The notes beneath the pieces are model-generated. The model searched no databases, was not told the DNA's origin, and worked only from the letters and a program-made list of their open reading frames with translations. From Candidatus Sabulitectum sp. (lineage in GTDB: Bacteria > Fermentibacterota > Fermentibacteria > Fermentibacterales > JCC-6), in assembly GCA_029938555.1 (NCBI GenBank), contig JAOZUR010000004.1, positions 4,757 through 68,756 of the forward strand: a DNA stretch of 64,000 nucleotides, read 5' to 3'. Made by a program: the position numbers and the translations under genes. This document shows positions 50,620 to 60,805 of the stretch, in pieces (position 1 is the first letter of the stretch; each line of letters starts with the position of its first letter).

Positions 50620-51039
50620 CTACTGTGGAGGTACCAGAGTAAATGGAACTGTAACTGGAATATCTTCTGTCTGTTCTGCTTCTGCTTCAAATTCAAGGCT
50701 TTCCAACTTAGCAAGTACACCTTCCTGCAAACTAGCTAGATCTTCAGGGCACTGAACTGATGCATCAGTTACTGTTCCTTCAGGTGTGATTGAAAAACTG
50801 ACTGTGATAACTCCTGTGGCCTCAGGGTTTGTTACAAGAAGAACCTCATAATCTGCCTGAACCACTTCTTTGATTTCATTTATTTTGCCTCTGATGGCAG
50901 CCATATCTCTGTTAGTAGCTTCCATACGATCCTCAGGGTAGATCTCTGCATGAGTTGGTCTTTCATTACCACCAGAATTTTCTTGTGCAAATACCGTTCC
51001 AACCAGTACTAAAATAACAAATACTATTGTGTATCTCAT
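50620..51039 (-). CDS. small secreted protein (possible TonB-C/AgmX-like C-terminal domain)
   Basis: Signal peptide MRYTIVFVILVLVGTVFA. 139 aa. Confidence 0.45.
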   Translation of the reverse strand: MRYTIVFVILVLVGTVFAQENSGGNERPTHAEIYPEDRMEATNRDMAAIRGKINEIKEVVQADYEVLLVTNPEATGVITVSFSITPEGTVTDASVQCPEDLASLQEGVLAKLESLEFEAEAEQTEDIPVTVPFTLVPPQ

Positions 51040-51082
51040 GTTTTCCTCCTTTAGAAAAGATTTTTGTAACCATAATCAATAT

Positions 51083-51118
51083 AATACAAAAAGAGCCCGG
51101 TGGTTAAACCGGACTCTT
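51083..51118 (-). terminator. intrinsic terminator of rpsD
   Basis: Stem aagagtccggt / accgggctctt (one mismatch), followed by TTTTG on the minus strand. Confidence 0.6.
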
Positions 51119-51137
51119 CTATTATGAAACCAGAAAT

Positions 51138-51749
51138 CTATTTTGAGTAAAACTCAACAACAGCTCTTTCAGAAACCTCAATAGGTACATCTTCACGGGC
51201 TGGTAATGACTTAACGGTTATTTTTCTGTTCTTAGGATCAGCTTCAAGAAAACTAGGAACACCAATACCGGAACCGGCAGCCATGTGTTCAGTAATCACC
51301 TTGAGATCTCTGCTCTTTTCTTTCAGAGTAATAACATCGCTGATCTTAACTCTGAAACTGGCAATTGTTACCTTTTTACCATTAACTTTAATATGACCAT
51401 GACTTACAAGCTGGCGTGCAGCTGGAATAGTAGGAGCAAAACCACCTCTTGCTACAACATTATCAAGTCTTCCCTCGATAAGCTGAAGTAAATTAACACC
51501 AGTTTCACCCTTCATGCTACAAGCATCAGAGTAATAACGACGAAGAGCTTTTTCGGTAAGGCCGTAGTTAAAGCGAATCTTCTGTTTTTCCTGCAACTGG
51601 AGACGGAAAGTAGAAACTCTTCTACGACGACGCATTACACCCTGTTCACCAGGACTGTTTGTTGATTTTGGCTCTTTACGAACAAGGCCTGGAAGCTCTG
51701 TTCCAAGTGATCTTACTTTTTTAAGTCTTGATCCTCTGAATCTACTCAT
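51138..51749 (-). CDS. rpsD: 30S ribosomal protein S4
   Basis: MSRFRGSRLKKVRSLGTELPGL... with an S4 RNA-binding domain. Confidence 0.95.
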   Translation of the reverse strand: MSRFRGSRLKKVRSLGTELPGLVRKEPKSTNSPGEQGVMRRRRRVSTFRLQLQEKQKIRFNYGLTEKALRRYYSDACSMKGETGVNLLQLIEGRLDNVVARGGFAPTIPAARQLVSHGHIKVNGKKVTIASFRVKISDVITLKEKSRDLKVITEHMAAGSGIGVPSFLEADPKNRKITVKSLPAREDVPIEVSERAVVEFYSK

Positions 51750-51931
51750 ATCATCTCCTTCTGCTTATGCAGTTTTCTTAATGGCAGCATTAGCTTTACA
51801 CATCTGCCATCTGCTGTAAATACACACAGTATTGTGCGCAAGTTGTGGAAATCTAGTAGTTTGAATCGTTAAAGTCAATAACACAGGGGACGAGATTTCT
51901 CTCGCCCCCCTATGAATTTAATAATTACTAC

Positions 51932-54157
51932 CTATGGAAGAACAACACAGTTTTTTACAACACTCTGATCTGGTGTTGTCAGTCTGAGGAAGTAGATACC
52001 GCCAGCGGTATTTGCACCCCAGTTAACACTGTGTTCACCTGCTATGATTTCATTATTTACAAGTGTTTCTACCACACGACCATTCATATCAAACACACTA
52101 AGATTAGCATGTCCTGAAGCTGGTACAGTAAAGTTAACTGCTGCATTTCCTGTTATTGGAGTGCTGATGTTAAGCTGTATACCAGTTGTAATTCCACCAC
52201 TCTGATCTTCAACACCTGTCTGCCAGGCTGGAACAGTGGCCTGAAGAGGATATAGGTTGTGGGCAGTAACGGTAACTGTTACATCATCACCAGTTGGAAC
52301 ATCATCAATGGCAATAGTAACCACGCCTGATGCGTCTGTAAAACCACTACCAAGAGTTACTTCTCCTTGGCAGATACCAACCATGGCGCCTTCAACTGAA
52401 ACATCAGTTGCTGTTGAAACATTAACGGTGAAGTTGCCAACCTGTACATGGTCTGGGTGGTCGGCTTCAAGATGAACAAGTGGGCCAGTTGTTGTGAAAA
52501 TATCATGCTCAGGCTCACCGAATATCAAATGCATGTTGCTGTTGTCGGTGTGTCCTGTAAATTCGTAGGCCTTGATCTTACCGTAATCAAAGGCTGCACC
52601 CATGTGGTACAGTTCCTCCTGGAAGTAACCCTTGAACTGATACATAGCCAAAGAATCTGTGGGGCCTACAGGGCTGGCAACAGAAGCACCCATGAAGCCA
52701 ATTGCACCTTTAGGGTCAGCAATAGAACCAGAATTCAACCATGCTTCACCGAAGCAGATTGTTCCTCCACCGAATTCAGCATTGTTGCAAGCGATAGAAC
52801 TGATCCATGGAAGTTTTCTTCCATTTGTAAGGGCTGCAACATTAGTGTTATTAAAACCAGTTGTTACCCATTGTGAAATAGCACCATGACCGATGTAACT
52901 AACAAGAGAAGTTCCACTGTTAAAATTAGCAGAAAGATTTGATACGCTTGGTGGAACTCCACCATGAGCACTGCTGTTGCAATAAAGCATAACATCCATG
53001 TTACCATCGTTTGCCATTACTTCTTTATATCTGTAAGACATCAAAGGATCCTGGAAATCAGTTGAACCTATACTAACTGCAAACTGGAACCAACTGGAAG
53101 CAGGCTCCCAAGGATCTGTTTCATAAGCCCAGACTTTCCATGAAGAATAAGCAAGAGATCCTGTATCTGAAGAAAGTCTTCCAATGTGAATACTTGGGTC
53201 AACACCAGTACCGATAACTCCGTACTGATTGTCTGCAGCTGTGCTTCCTACCCAATAAACTGGAACCGCAGCCTCATTGCCTAAAAGAAGACAGTACTCT
53301 GGTGGATTTGCCCAGGTATTAAAAGCCTCTTCGATATAATCATCAATATCACCGGAGGTGGTTCCAATAGTTTCTGTTGTTGCAACAAAAACTTCGTAAC
53401 CCTTTTCACGCTTCCACTGAATAAGGTCACTTGCAAGAGCTACTGCTTCCTCGGGACCTATAACAAGATAGGAACCATCAACTACTGCATCTGTAAGTTG
53501 AAGACCAAGAACATCTTTGTAGATAGGAATATAACTTCTGGTCATACCTGTTGAAGCTCTAAGAAGTTCGTTCTCACCCTGAGAAGAACCACTAACAAGT
53601 CTGACAGTTACATTTGTTGTAATAGTAGTTTCCCCAGTAACTGGGTTAACTGATACTGGATTAAATCTTACCCATGCCACGCGGATATCGCGAAGTATAG
53701 ATACACTTTCAATAACAACAGGACTTGAAGGAAATGAAGCTGATGTATTGTAAACATCATCGTTTACTTTCAAAGGAGCTACATTACCGTTCCTGTCCAT
53801 GAAAGGCTGCATTGGAAGTACATTGTAGTTGCCTAGTACTGATGTTTCAGAACTGACTATTTCAATGGATACATCACCTGTATTAGGTATCTGAACCATT
53901 CTTCTGATACACGGAACATCTGGTGTTCCCACTTCAGCACCATAACCGCCACCGGGTATTCTAAATGTAATACCGCTACCGTAACCGGCTACAGAACCCT
54001 CAATAGTTTCAAGTGCAGTTAGATTAAACTCAACTACAGGCCCGCCGTCTGTTCCCATGTACTCAGCAGTTTCAACTGGCTGTGGCGCACGGTAAACCGT
54101 ACCAGCAAAAGCTGATACAGCAAGAATCATAAGAACACAAATCACTCTGATCATCAC
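51932..54157 (-). CDS. peptidase C25 (gingipain-like) with T9SS C-terminal sorting domain
   Basis: Signal peptide. The catalytic-region motifs YIGHG...W and SIACNNAEFGG match the C25 His/Cys pair. The C-terminal ~80 aa ...GGIYFLRLTTPDQSVVKNCVVLP is a type-A T9SS C-terminal domain. Confidence 0.75.
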   Translation of the reverse strand: MMIRVICVLMILAVSAFAGTVYRAPQPVETAEYMGTDGGPVVEFNLTALETIEGSVAGYGSGITFRIPGGGYGAEVGTPDVPCIRRMVQIPNTGDVSIEIVSSETSVLGNYNVLPMQPFMDRNGNVAPLKVNDDVYNTSASFPSSPVVIESVSILRDIRVAWVRFNPVSVNPVTGETTITTNVTVRLVSGSSQGENELLRASTGMTRSYIPIYKDVLGLQLTDAVVDGSYLVIGPEEAVALASDLIQWKREKGYEVFVATTETIGTTSGDIDDYIEEAFNTWANPPEYCLLLGNEAAVPVYWVGSTAADNQYGVIGTGVDPSIHIGRLSSDTGSLAYSSWKVWAYETDPWEPASSWFQFAVSIGSTDFQDPLMSYRYKEVMANDGNMDVMLYCNSSAHGGVPPSVSNLSANFNSGTSLVSYIGHGAISQWVTTGFNNTNVAALTNGRKLPWISSIACNNAEFGGGTICFGEAWLNSGSIADPKGAIGFMGASVASPVGPTDSLAMYQFKGYFQEELYHMGAAFDYGKIKAYEFTGHTDNSNMHLIFGEPEHDIFTTTGPLVHLEADHPDHVQVGNFTVNVSTATDVSVEGAMVGICQGEVTLGSGFTDASGVVTIAIDDVPTGDDVTVTVTAHNLYPLQATVPAWQTGVEDQSGGITTGIQLNISTPITGNAAVNFTVPASGHANLSVFDMNGRVVETLVNNEIIAGEHSVNWGANTAGGIYFLRLTTPDQSVVKNCVVLP

Positions 54158-54271
54158 TACCTCCTGTGTATATATATAAGCTCGGGGTTTGCCTTACTCT
54201 AAAGGCAAACCCCTACTGAGTCAAGAGTTCCCCAGCAATCTGGTATACAACTGCTGGGCAATGTTTTTTTG

Positions 54272-54832
54272 TCAGTTTATTAGTAATCCTTTTGATAACA
54301 TCACCATTGGGTTAAAAGTCGCAAAATCAGCCTGGTGAATCAGAACAGTTTCCACCCTCTGAGGTCTGCCCTCACCTTCTTTTGCATGACATCCAATCAT
54401 ATTGATGATTTCGTCAGGAAGCCCGGCTTTGGCTGCAAGAATAGCACCTGAAATAGGATGCCTTGCACACTTACCGTTATAGCTTTTTTGATATTTTCCA
54501 TCACATAGCTCAATCTCAAGAAGCTTGCCCACATCATGAAGAAGCCCTCCTGCAACAAGCCAGTCCATCTGAACCTTAAAGGGTGGTTCGTAAGTATTCT
54601 CTATGGCATTTGCAAGACCTATTGCACCTTCTGTTACAGCAATTGTGTGCTGAATAAGGTTCACACCATGGGTCTCTGTTAGAAGAGTAAAAGGTATCTC
54701 TGTAAGTTGCTCTTCTGTCCAGCCACCGTCTTCTGCTGCAGTTACCCAAACACTTACAACTTTTTCTCTTAGATTTTTTTCTTCAATTTTCGCCAGCTGA
54801 ACTGAAAATAGTTTTTCTATAACTGTTTTCAC
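54272..54832 (-). CDS. HD-domain (HDIG) phosphohydrolase
   Basis: H...HD motif (LLHDVGK). Confidence 0.65.
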   Translation of the reverse strand: MKTVIEKLFSVQLAKIEEKNLREKVVSVWVTAAEDGGWTEEQLTEIPFTLLTETHGVNLIQHTIAVTEGAIGLANAIENTYEPPFKVQMDWLVAGGLLHDVGKLLEIELCDGKYQKSYNGKCARHPISGAILAAKAGLPDEIINMIGCHAKEGEGRPQRVETVLIHQADFATFNPMVMLSKGLLIN

Positions 54833-54836
54833 AACT

Positions 54837-56027
54837 CTACCTGCTCATTACTTCGATAACAGCGTCTGTCATCTGAGAAGTGCTGGCAGCTCCTTTGTTC
54901 ACAACATCTTCTGTTCCACGCATCTTCTTCATGTCATAAGTCTGAACTTTACCCTCACTGATAACAGTTTCAATTGCCTTGCGGATCTTTGTTGCTTTTT
55001 CCACTTCACCGATGTGATCAAGCATCATGCATGCTGTAAGGAACATTGCAATGGGGTTAACTATTGAGACTTTGTAATCGGCATATTTAGGTGCTGATCC
55101 GTGTGTAGGTTCAAACACTGCAACATCATCACCGATATTAGCACTACAAGCGAACCCAAGACCACCAGTAAGACCTGCAAAACCATCACTTACAATGTCA
55201 CCAAACATGTTTCCACTCACAAGTACACCATAATCTTCAGGATTTTTTGTAAGCCACATCATCTGAGCATCAATGTTTGTCTCCCAGAGATCTATACCAT
55301 CGTACTCTTTTACCATTTTTCTACCCTCTTCGCGCATCATTCCACTTGTTTCGCGAATAACATTGGGTTTTTCACAAATGGTAACACTCTTGTAACCAAA
55401 TTTCTTTGCATACTCAAAAGCAGCTCTTAAAATTCTCTGACATGCTTTCCTGGAAAAAATTCTTGTTGATACAGCAAGATCTTCCCTTGGAACATCTCCG
55501 AAGTTTTTTGAGAATTTTATGTGAGTATTCAATGCATTGTAAACAACATCTGGAGGATTAGTCCATTCCACTCCACCGTAAAGACCCTCGGTATTCTGAC
55601 GGAAGATAACTGCATCAACAGGTGGTTCTTCAATTGTGTTTCCAGGACCTCTTCTTATGAAATTCAAAGGATTGCCTGCAAATGCTTTGCAAGGACGGGT
55701 GCATATATCAAGATTGAAATGCTGACGCATGGAAACTATAGGACTAAAGTAAACAAGACCCTTGTCACGCAAGGAAGGATCAAGATCCCCCATGGCTTTA
55801 TCTTTGGGTTTGGAAGTAATGGCACCAAATAGAGCAATCTTGTGTTCAGCAAGAATATCTATGGTTCTTTGGGGAAGCGGATTTCCCTCTTTTTTCCAAA
55901 ATTCCCATCCAATATCTGCATGAACATAATCTGCCTCAAAACCAACTGCATCCAATACTCTTAAAGCCTCTTTCAGTACCGGTTCACCAATTCCATCTCC
56001 GGGCATTGTTACTATTGTTCTTTTCAT
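54837..56027 (-). CDS. isocitrate/isopropylmalate dehydrogenase-family enzyme
   Basis: MKRTIVTMPGDGIGEPV N-terminus. GGAGG lies 6 nt upstream of the ATG at 56027. The ORF-track 56084 start is an implausible Cys-rich extension. Confidence 0.8.
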   Translation of the reverse strand: MKRTIVTMPGDGIGEPVLKEALRVLDAVGFEADYVHADIGWEFWKKEGNPLPQRTIDILAEHKIALFGAITSKPKDKAMGDLDPSLRDKGLVYFSPIVSMRQHFNLDICTRPCKAFAGNPLNFIRRGPGNTIEEPPVDAVIFRQNTEGLYGGVEWTNPPDVVYNALNTHIKFSKNFGDVPREDLAVSTRIFSRKACQRILRAAFEYAKKFGYKSVTICEKPNVIRETSGMMREEGRKMVKEYDGIDLWETNIDAQMMWLTKNPEDYGVLVSGNMFGDIVSDGFAGLTGGLGFACSANIGDDVAVFEPTHGSAPKYADYKVSIVNPIAMFLTACMMLDHIGEVEKATKIRKAIETVISEGKVQTYDMKKMRGTEDVVNKGAASTSQMTDAVIEVMSR

Positions 56028-56124
56028 TACTGTATTCTCCTCTTTAAGTAAAAAATGACAAATACAAAAACCAGAACCTACCAACTACAGAAAAATAAAC
56101 CCCAGTCAATTAAATAGGTACCCC

Positions 56125-59115
56125 CTAAATTAAATTCATAGCACTTTGAATTGCAGCATCAAGTTGCCGATCAATTCCCTGTCCAAAATCATCTGGTTTT
56201 TCCAGAACCAGCACAGAAGGAGTAACTCCGTTATTCTCTAGGTTTTCACCTGACATGGTATACCAGCCTGTTCCAGGAAGTCGAAAACCCGTACCATCTG
56301 CAAGGGTAACATCCACCGTTCCAATCACAGCTCCATATGTAACATTTCCAACAATTGGCCCTAAATCAAGTTCTTTCCATGCAGCAGGGAAAATCTCTGC
56401 ATCGGAATAACAAGTCTCATTTATAAGAAGTACAAGAGGTTTTTGCCAGACTCCAAGAGGTTCTACAGAAGCAGTTCCATATCTGCTGCGACTCATGGCA
56501 TATTGCTCTCCTGTTAAGCTTGCAAGTATCTGATCATGGGTTGAACCACCACCGTTACCCCTAACATCAATAATCATGGCGTCTCGCCCTAACCCTTCTG
56601 CATACAGATCTCTTCTAAAGTTGTTTACAGATTGCTGATCCATAGAAGGAATGTGCAAATAACCAATCCTGTCAGCAGATAGCTCTGAAACCCAGTCCCT
56701 TTGACTTTCAAGCCAGTTCTTATACTCGAGATTCCAAACATCCCACTGGGTAACAGGAGTTAATCGTACAGTTAGTGGTTCACCATTCCGTACAAAATTG
56801 AACATTATCTTTCTATCAGCTGTGTTTCTGAGTGGTGCATAAAAATTATGGTTCCAGCCAACAAGTTGCCCATCAATTCTGGTGATAATATCACCTTCAA
56901 TAAAACCTGCTAGAAAACCTGGAGACCCTTGAAGCAGACTACCGATTCTAATCCCAACACCGCTCCACAAATAATCAGGATAAATACCTGTTTCTCCTGT
57001 ATAAGCAGTCTGAACATATCTGAATGGTCCATCAATTCCTAAATGAGATGCAGAAAGCTCGCCAAGCATTCGTCTTACAACATCGTTAAACTCATGATTC
57101 AACAATGCTGAACCAGCTCTATCCTGATATTTAGTAAACATATCATCCCAGTTTAAACCATGCATATCACTGTCGTAAAAGCTCTCTCTAAGCTGTCTCC
57201 ATGCTGAATTAAACTTTTCCAACTGCATCTGATTCCTGAACTGCGAGTACGGAGCGGTCCATGAAAGAAAATCACCGTCTGTGTTTCCCAGTGAAGTTCC
57301 AAAATTAAGAAAATAAACAGCTCCAGCTGTTTCAGTATCTGTTGGTTGAATTCTTTCAGGAGAACTGTTTACTCCACTTTCCTTGTGTAGATTCTCTCCA
57401 TCCCAATCAACTGAATACAAGTTCAAAACTCCAGAAATATCATTTGCTGGAAAGTAAATCTTTCGCCCATCAGGAGTTATTCCATAAAAATTATAATAAC
57501 CTTCCACCTGGCATAACTGCTCGGTACGCATATACAAATCATTTGTATTTGCAGAGACCACATCAAGAGGCATATCAAGCAGTATTTCTCTTTCATCTCT
57601 ATCTGCCAGCCAGTCTTCCGGGTCAAACCATGCCTGCATGATAGAGTAATCTCCATCATCAGTTCTGCTTGCCCATATCAATCTTCTTCCATCGGAAGGC
57701 CAAAGAGGCTGAAAATCATCATTAGGATGACGACTGACATTAACCGGCTCGCCCCCAAAGGATGAAACAACGAACACATCCTCACGGTGGGCTTCCACAG
57801 TTGTGCTAAATGAAATCCATCTTGAATCAGGTGACCATGAATGGTGTAGAATACCAGTTGTATCACATATTTGCCTTGATACCCCTCCTAGAACATTCAT
57901 GAAATGTAATCTACCTTGATTATCAAGAAAAGAAAAATCACCTGAAGGTGCCCATTCTGCATTCTGTGACACTTGCATACCTGTATTCATCTGATCCAGT
58001 TCTATCTGTATGGGCTCTCCATCATGAATATTAACATAACCTAAAACTATATGAACCTCTCCATTTGATTCCCTCTGAAAAAGAACCATTGAGCCGTCGC
58101 TACTAATACGAGGTCGACTTTCCAGGGCACTGGTAGATGTTATTCTTACTGCTTCATCAAGTTTACCGTCTGTGATGGTTGCTGCAAAAATCTCTCCTTC
58201 TGCTTCCATAACCATAAAAGAAGCATCACTGGCAACGGCAAAGTCTGAAGTGTAAACCCCTGCAAAAGATAACTCTTCTAATGGAAAAGGAAGGTCAACA
58301 TCTGCTGGAAGATAAATATCCTCCATTATCATATCTGGAAACGTTGCCCTGACCAGTTTGCCACCAGATTCAAAAACAACTACAGAACCATCTTCGCTTA
58401 CAGAAGGAAAAGTAATACTTCCTGCCACTGGAGAGGAAAGTGCATTTCCACCTATATCAAAAAATCTATCCTGACCTGTTTCATCTTCCATTACATAAAA
58501 AACATTATCGTCTGAATCTGATAATGGCCATCTCTGATCAGCGTTTAAAGAAGCAAGAGGTGTATATTGACCCTCATTAACCTTCCATAGTGAACTTGAA
58601 GCACTTCCTAAGTAATGCCTTCTCCACCAAGGAGTAGCCCCTCTTTCTATAACATATCCATCAGAAACACTACACAGATTATTAACAGAAGCAGCAAGTT
58701 CTATAACTGGAGTTCCACCTTGTGGAGAAATTTTCCAAACCCAGTTAATACCACCCTCGCGGGATGAACTAAACAAAACATCATTACCCTGCCAACCAAG
58801 CACCCTGTCAAGGCCGCCATGATATGTAAGTCTTGTAGAAATACCTCCTTCAGAAGGCATTACATAAACATCTCCTGCACCGGTTACATCATTTGTAAAA
58901 GCAATCCAATACCCATTCGGACTGTAAGACGGATAACTGATAAAACCCTCGCCAGGGGTCAAACATCTTGGGGAACCACCTTGTACAGGAGAATGCCAAA
59001 GTTTACCACGCCAACAAAATACCATATTCTGACCATCTGGTGAGACAGAAGGATACCTTGCATCAACTATTTCCTCTGACATGATTACGGAAAGAAAAAC
59101 TAATAAAAAAATCAT
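56125..59115 (-). CDS. tricorn protease homologue (beta-propellers plus PDZ plus S41 peptidase)
   Basis: 996 aa with TolB-like repeats (SPDG...YS), a PDZ (GDIITRIDG) and an S41-type C-terminal region. Confidence 0.75.
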   Translation of the reverse strand: MIFLLVFLSVIMSEEIVDARYPSVSPDGQNMVFCWRGKLWHSPVQGGSPRCLTPGEGFISYPSYSPNGYWIAFTNDVTGAGDVYVMPSEGGISTRLTYHGGLDRVLGWQGNDVLFSSSREGGINWVWKISPQGGTPVIELAASVNNLCSVSDGYVIERGATPWWRRHYLGSASSSLWKVNEGQYTPLASLNADQRWPLSDSDDNVFYVMEDETGQDRFFDIGGNALSSPVAGSITFPSVSEDGSVVVFESGGKLVRATFPDMIMEDIYLPADVDLPFPLEELSFAGVYTSDFAVASDASFMVMEAEGEIFAATITDGKLDEAVRITSTSALESRPRISSDGSMVLFQRESNGEVHIVLGYVNIHDGEPIQIELDQMNTGMQVSQNAEWAPSGDFSFLDNQGRLHFMNVLGGVSRQICDTTGILHHSWSPDSRWISFSTTVEAHREDVFVVSSFGGEPVNVSRHPNDDFQPLWPSDGRRLIWASRTDDGDYSIMQAWFDPEDWLADRDEREILLDMPLDVVSANTNDLYMRTEQLCQVEGYYNFYGITPDGRKIYFPANDISGVLNLYSVDWDGENLHKESGVNSSPERIQPTDTETAGAVYFLNFGTSLGNTDGDFLSWTAPYSQFRNQMQLEKFNSAWRQLRESFYDSDMHGLNWDDMFTKYQDRAGSALLNHEFNDVVRRMLGELSASHLGIDGPFRYVQTAYTGETGIYPDYLWSGVGIRIGSLLQGSPGFLAGFIEGDIITRIDGQLVGWNHNFYAPLRNTADRKIMFNFVRNGEPLTVRLTPVTQWDVWNLEYKNWLESQRDWVSELSADRIGYLHIPSMDQQSVNNFRRDLYAEGLGRDAMIIDVRGNGGGSTHDQILASLTGEQYAMSRSRYGTASVEPLGVWQKPLVLLINETCYSDAEIFPAAWKELDLGPIVGNVTYGAVIGTVDVTLADGTGFRLPGTGWYTMSGENLENNGVTPSVLVLEKPDDFGQGIDRQLDAAIQSAMNLI

Positions 59116-59116
59116 T

Positions 59117-59875
59117 TCACTTCTCTTTTCCTGCTAGAATAAGAAGTCTTGGTGATAATTCATCATCATAAGGACTTCTATCATAATTACCCCACTGAAT
59201 TATATTACAAAAGCCGGTTTTCTTTAAAAGTGCAATTACTTGATTTCGAGATGTGACTGCAAGATCAAGAGTAATTTTTTCTGTTGTATTCTTACGATTC
59301 TTGATAACAGTGTAAAACATATGATACTTTATTGAATCAGGATTTCTTTTTCTTTCCACTTTTTCTCTTAGTAACAAACGAGTTCCATCAGGTAAATCAG
59401 CACAATATCGCTCTGTAAGTTCCTCGGAATCTCTTCTTGCAAAAATCGGACTGACCTCTAACAAAAAAACACCACCTGGTGCTGTTACCCTGTAAGCATC
59501 TTGAATAATACCGATTCTGATTTCCTCTTCAGGAACACATTGAAGACCATTATAGGGAAAACAAACAATTGGAAAAGAACCGGTTCTAAATGGCATACTT
59601 TCGCCGGTGCCTTGTATTCTTATTGCAAGTTTCTGATCGGACTCTGCCCAACCGGCAAGCATGGAATCACTTGGCTCAAGAGCAATGGTAGCGGATGGTG
59701 ATTGTAATGCTGACGCTAGTCTGCCGGACCCGGCTCCAATTTCCAGACAAATTCCAGGATATTCTTTCCGAATTTGTTTATAGAAATCAAGCTCAGGTAG
59801 ATCAGCTGGAAAGATAAAACCTTCTTCTGCATTAAAATACCTTGCATACTTGTTCCATAAGTCTCGGGTACTCAT
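59117..59875 (-). CDS. class I SAM-dependent methyltransferase
   Basis: Motif I LEIGAGSG. Confidence 0.65.
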   Translation of the reverse strand: MSTRDLWNKYARYFNAEEGFIFPADLPELDFYKQIRKEYPGICLEIGAGSGRLASALQSPSATIALEPSDSMLAGWAESDQKLAIRIQGTGESMPFRTGSFPIVCFPYNGLQCVPEEEIRIGIIQDAYRVTAPGGVFLLEVSPIFARRDSEELTERYCADLPDGTRLLLREKVERKRNPDSIKYHMFYTVIKNRKNTTEKITLDLAVTSRNQVIALLKKTGFCNIIQWGNYDRSPYDDELSPRLLILAGKEK

Positions 59876-59893
59876 ACATCCTCCTGATTGCAG

Positions 59894-60793
59894 TTAGAAG
59901 GCAGCTTCAGTAAAACCAGCTCTGATTATAAAATCTTCAGGGTCAATCTGAACACCATTTTTAAGAACTTCATAGTGGACATGAGGACCCACCGATCTTC
60001 CAGTGGAACCAACTCTACCTATAAGATCGCCTCTTTGAACAGATTGCCCAACAGCCACATCAATAGCAGAGCAGTGAGCAAATCTTGTGGAAATTATATC
60101 AGAGTGCTTAACCACCATATTCAGCCCCCAACCACCACTCCAACCGCAAAAGATCACAGTTCCATCTGCGGGAGCATAAATTGAAGTGCCAGTCACCGCT
60201 GATATATCGATTCCTTTATGGTACCTTACAGCACCTGTGAAGGGATCTATTCTTCCTCCAAAATCACTGACGAAAATACCGTTAACAGGCCAAATAGAAG
60301 GCGTGTGCCTTAACTGATCGGCTTTCTCTACCAATAATACCGCTAAAGAATCGTATGCTATCTGTTCTGTAAAAGCCAGTCGTTCACAAAGAAGAATTCT
60401 CAATTCTATATCGTCAATATATTTGAAAATATTAGTACCTGAGTTTTCGTCAGGGAATTGTTCTATCATCCTTGAAAAATCGATATTCATATCAGCTGCT
60501 GCCACAAATGCCCGTTCTTCACGCTGAGCAACCTGATGCAAACTGCTTTGGACATTCTCTATTCGTGTGTTTAACTGAATGAGTTCACCCTGCAGTGTTA
60601 GATACTCTTGATCTTCACTAAGACGATTATTACTTGAAACTCCTTTGCCTATACTAAACCCCAGCGCCATGAACACACAGACGACACCCACAGCTGTAAG
60701 AAGAAACCAACCAACTTTAGAGCTTGACATAACAATCTGCCTACGACTGCTTGAAGGATTATCTGGAATCCAGTTCAAAGAGCCTTTAAACAT
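59894..60793 (-). CDS. M23-family peptidoglycan metallo-endopeptidase with N-terminal TM and coiled-coil
   Basis: HKGIDI...GSTGRSVGPHVHYEV, i.e. the HxxxD...HxH motifs. Confidence 0.8.
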   Translation of the reverse strand: MFKGSLNWIPDNPSSSRRQIVMSSSKVGWFLLTAVGVVCVFMALGFSIGKGVSSNNRLSEDQEYLTLQGELIQLNTRIENVQSSLHQVAQREERAFVAAADMNIDFSRMIEQFPDENSGTNIFKYIDDIELRILLCERLAFTEQIAYDSLAVLLVEKADQLRHTPSIWPVNGIFVSDFGGRIDPFTGAVRYHKGIDISAVTGTSIYAPADGTVIFCGWSGGWGLNMVVKHSDIISTRFAHCSAIDVAVGQSVQRGDLIGRVGSTGRSVGPHVHYEVLKNGVQIDPEDFIIRAGFTEAAF

Positions 60794-60805
60794 GAAATGA
60801 ACCTA

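Noticed and set aside
56028-56084. 19-codon Cys-rich extension on the IDH/IPMDH-family gene
   Set aside because: GGAGG-N6-ATG at 56027 and the conserved N-terminus MKRTIVTMPGDGIG argue for the shorter model.
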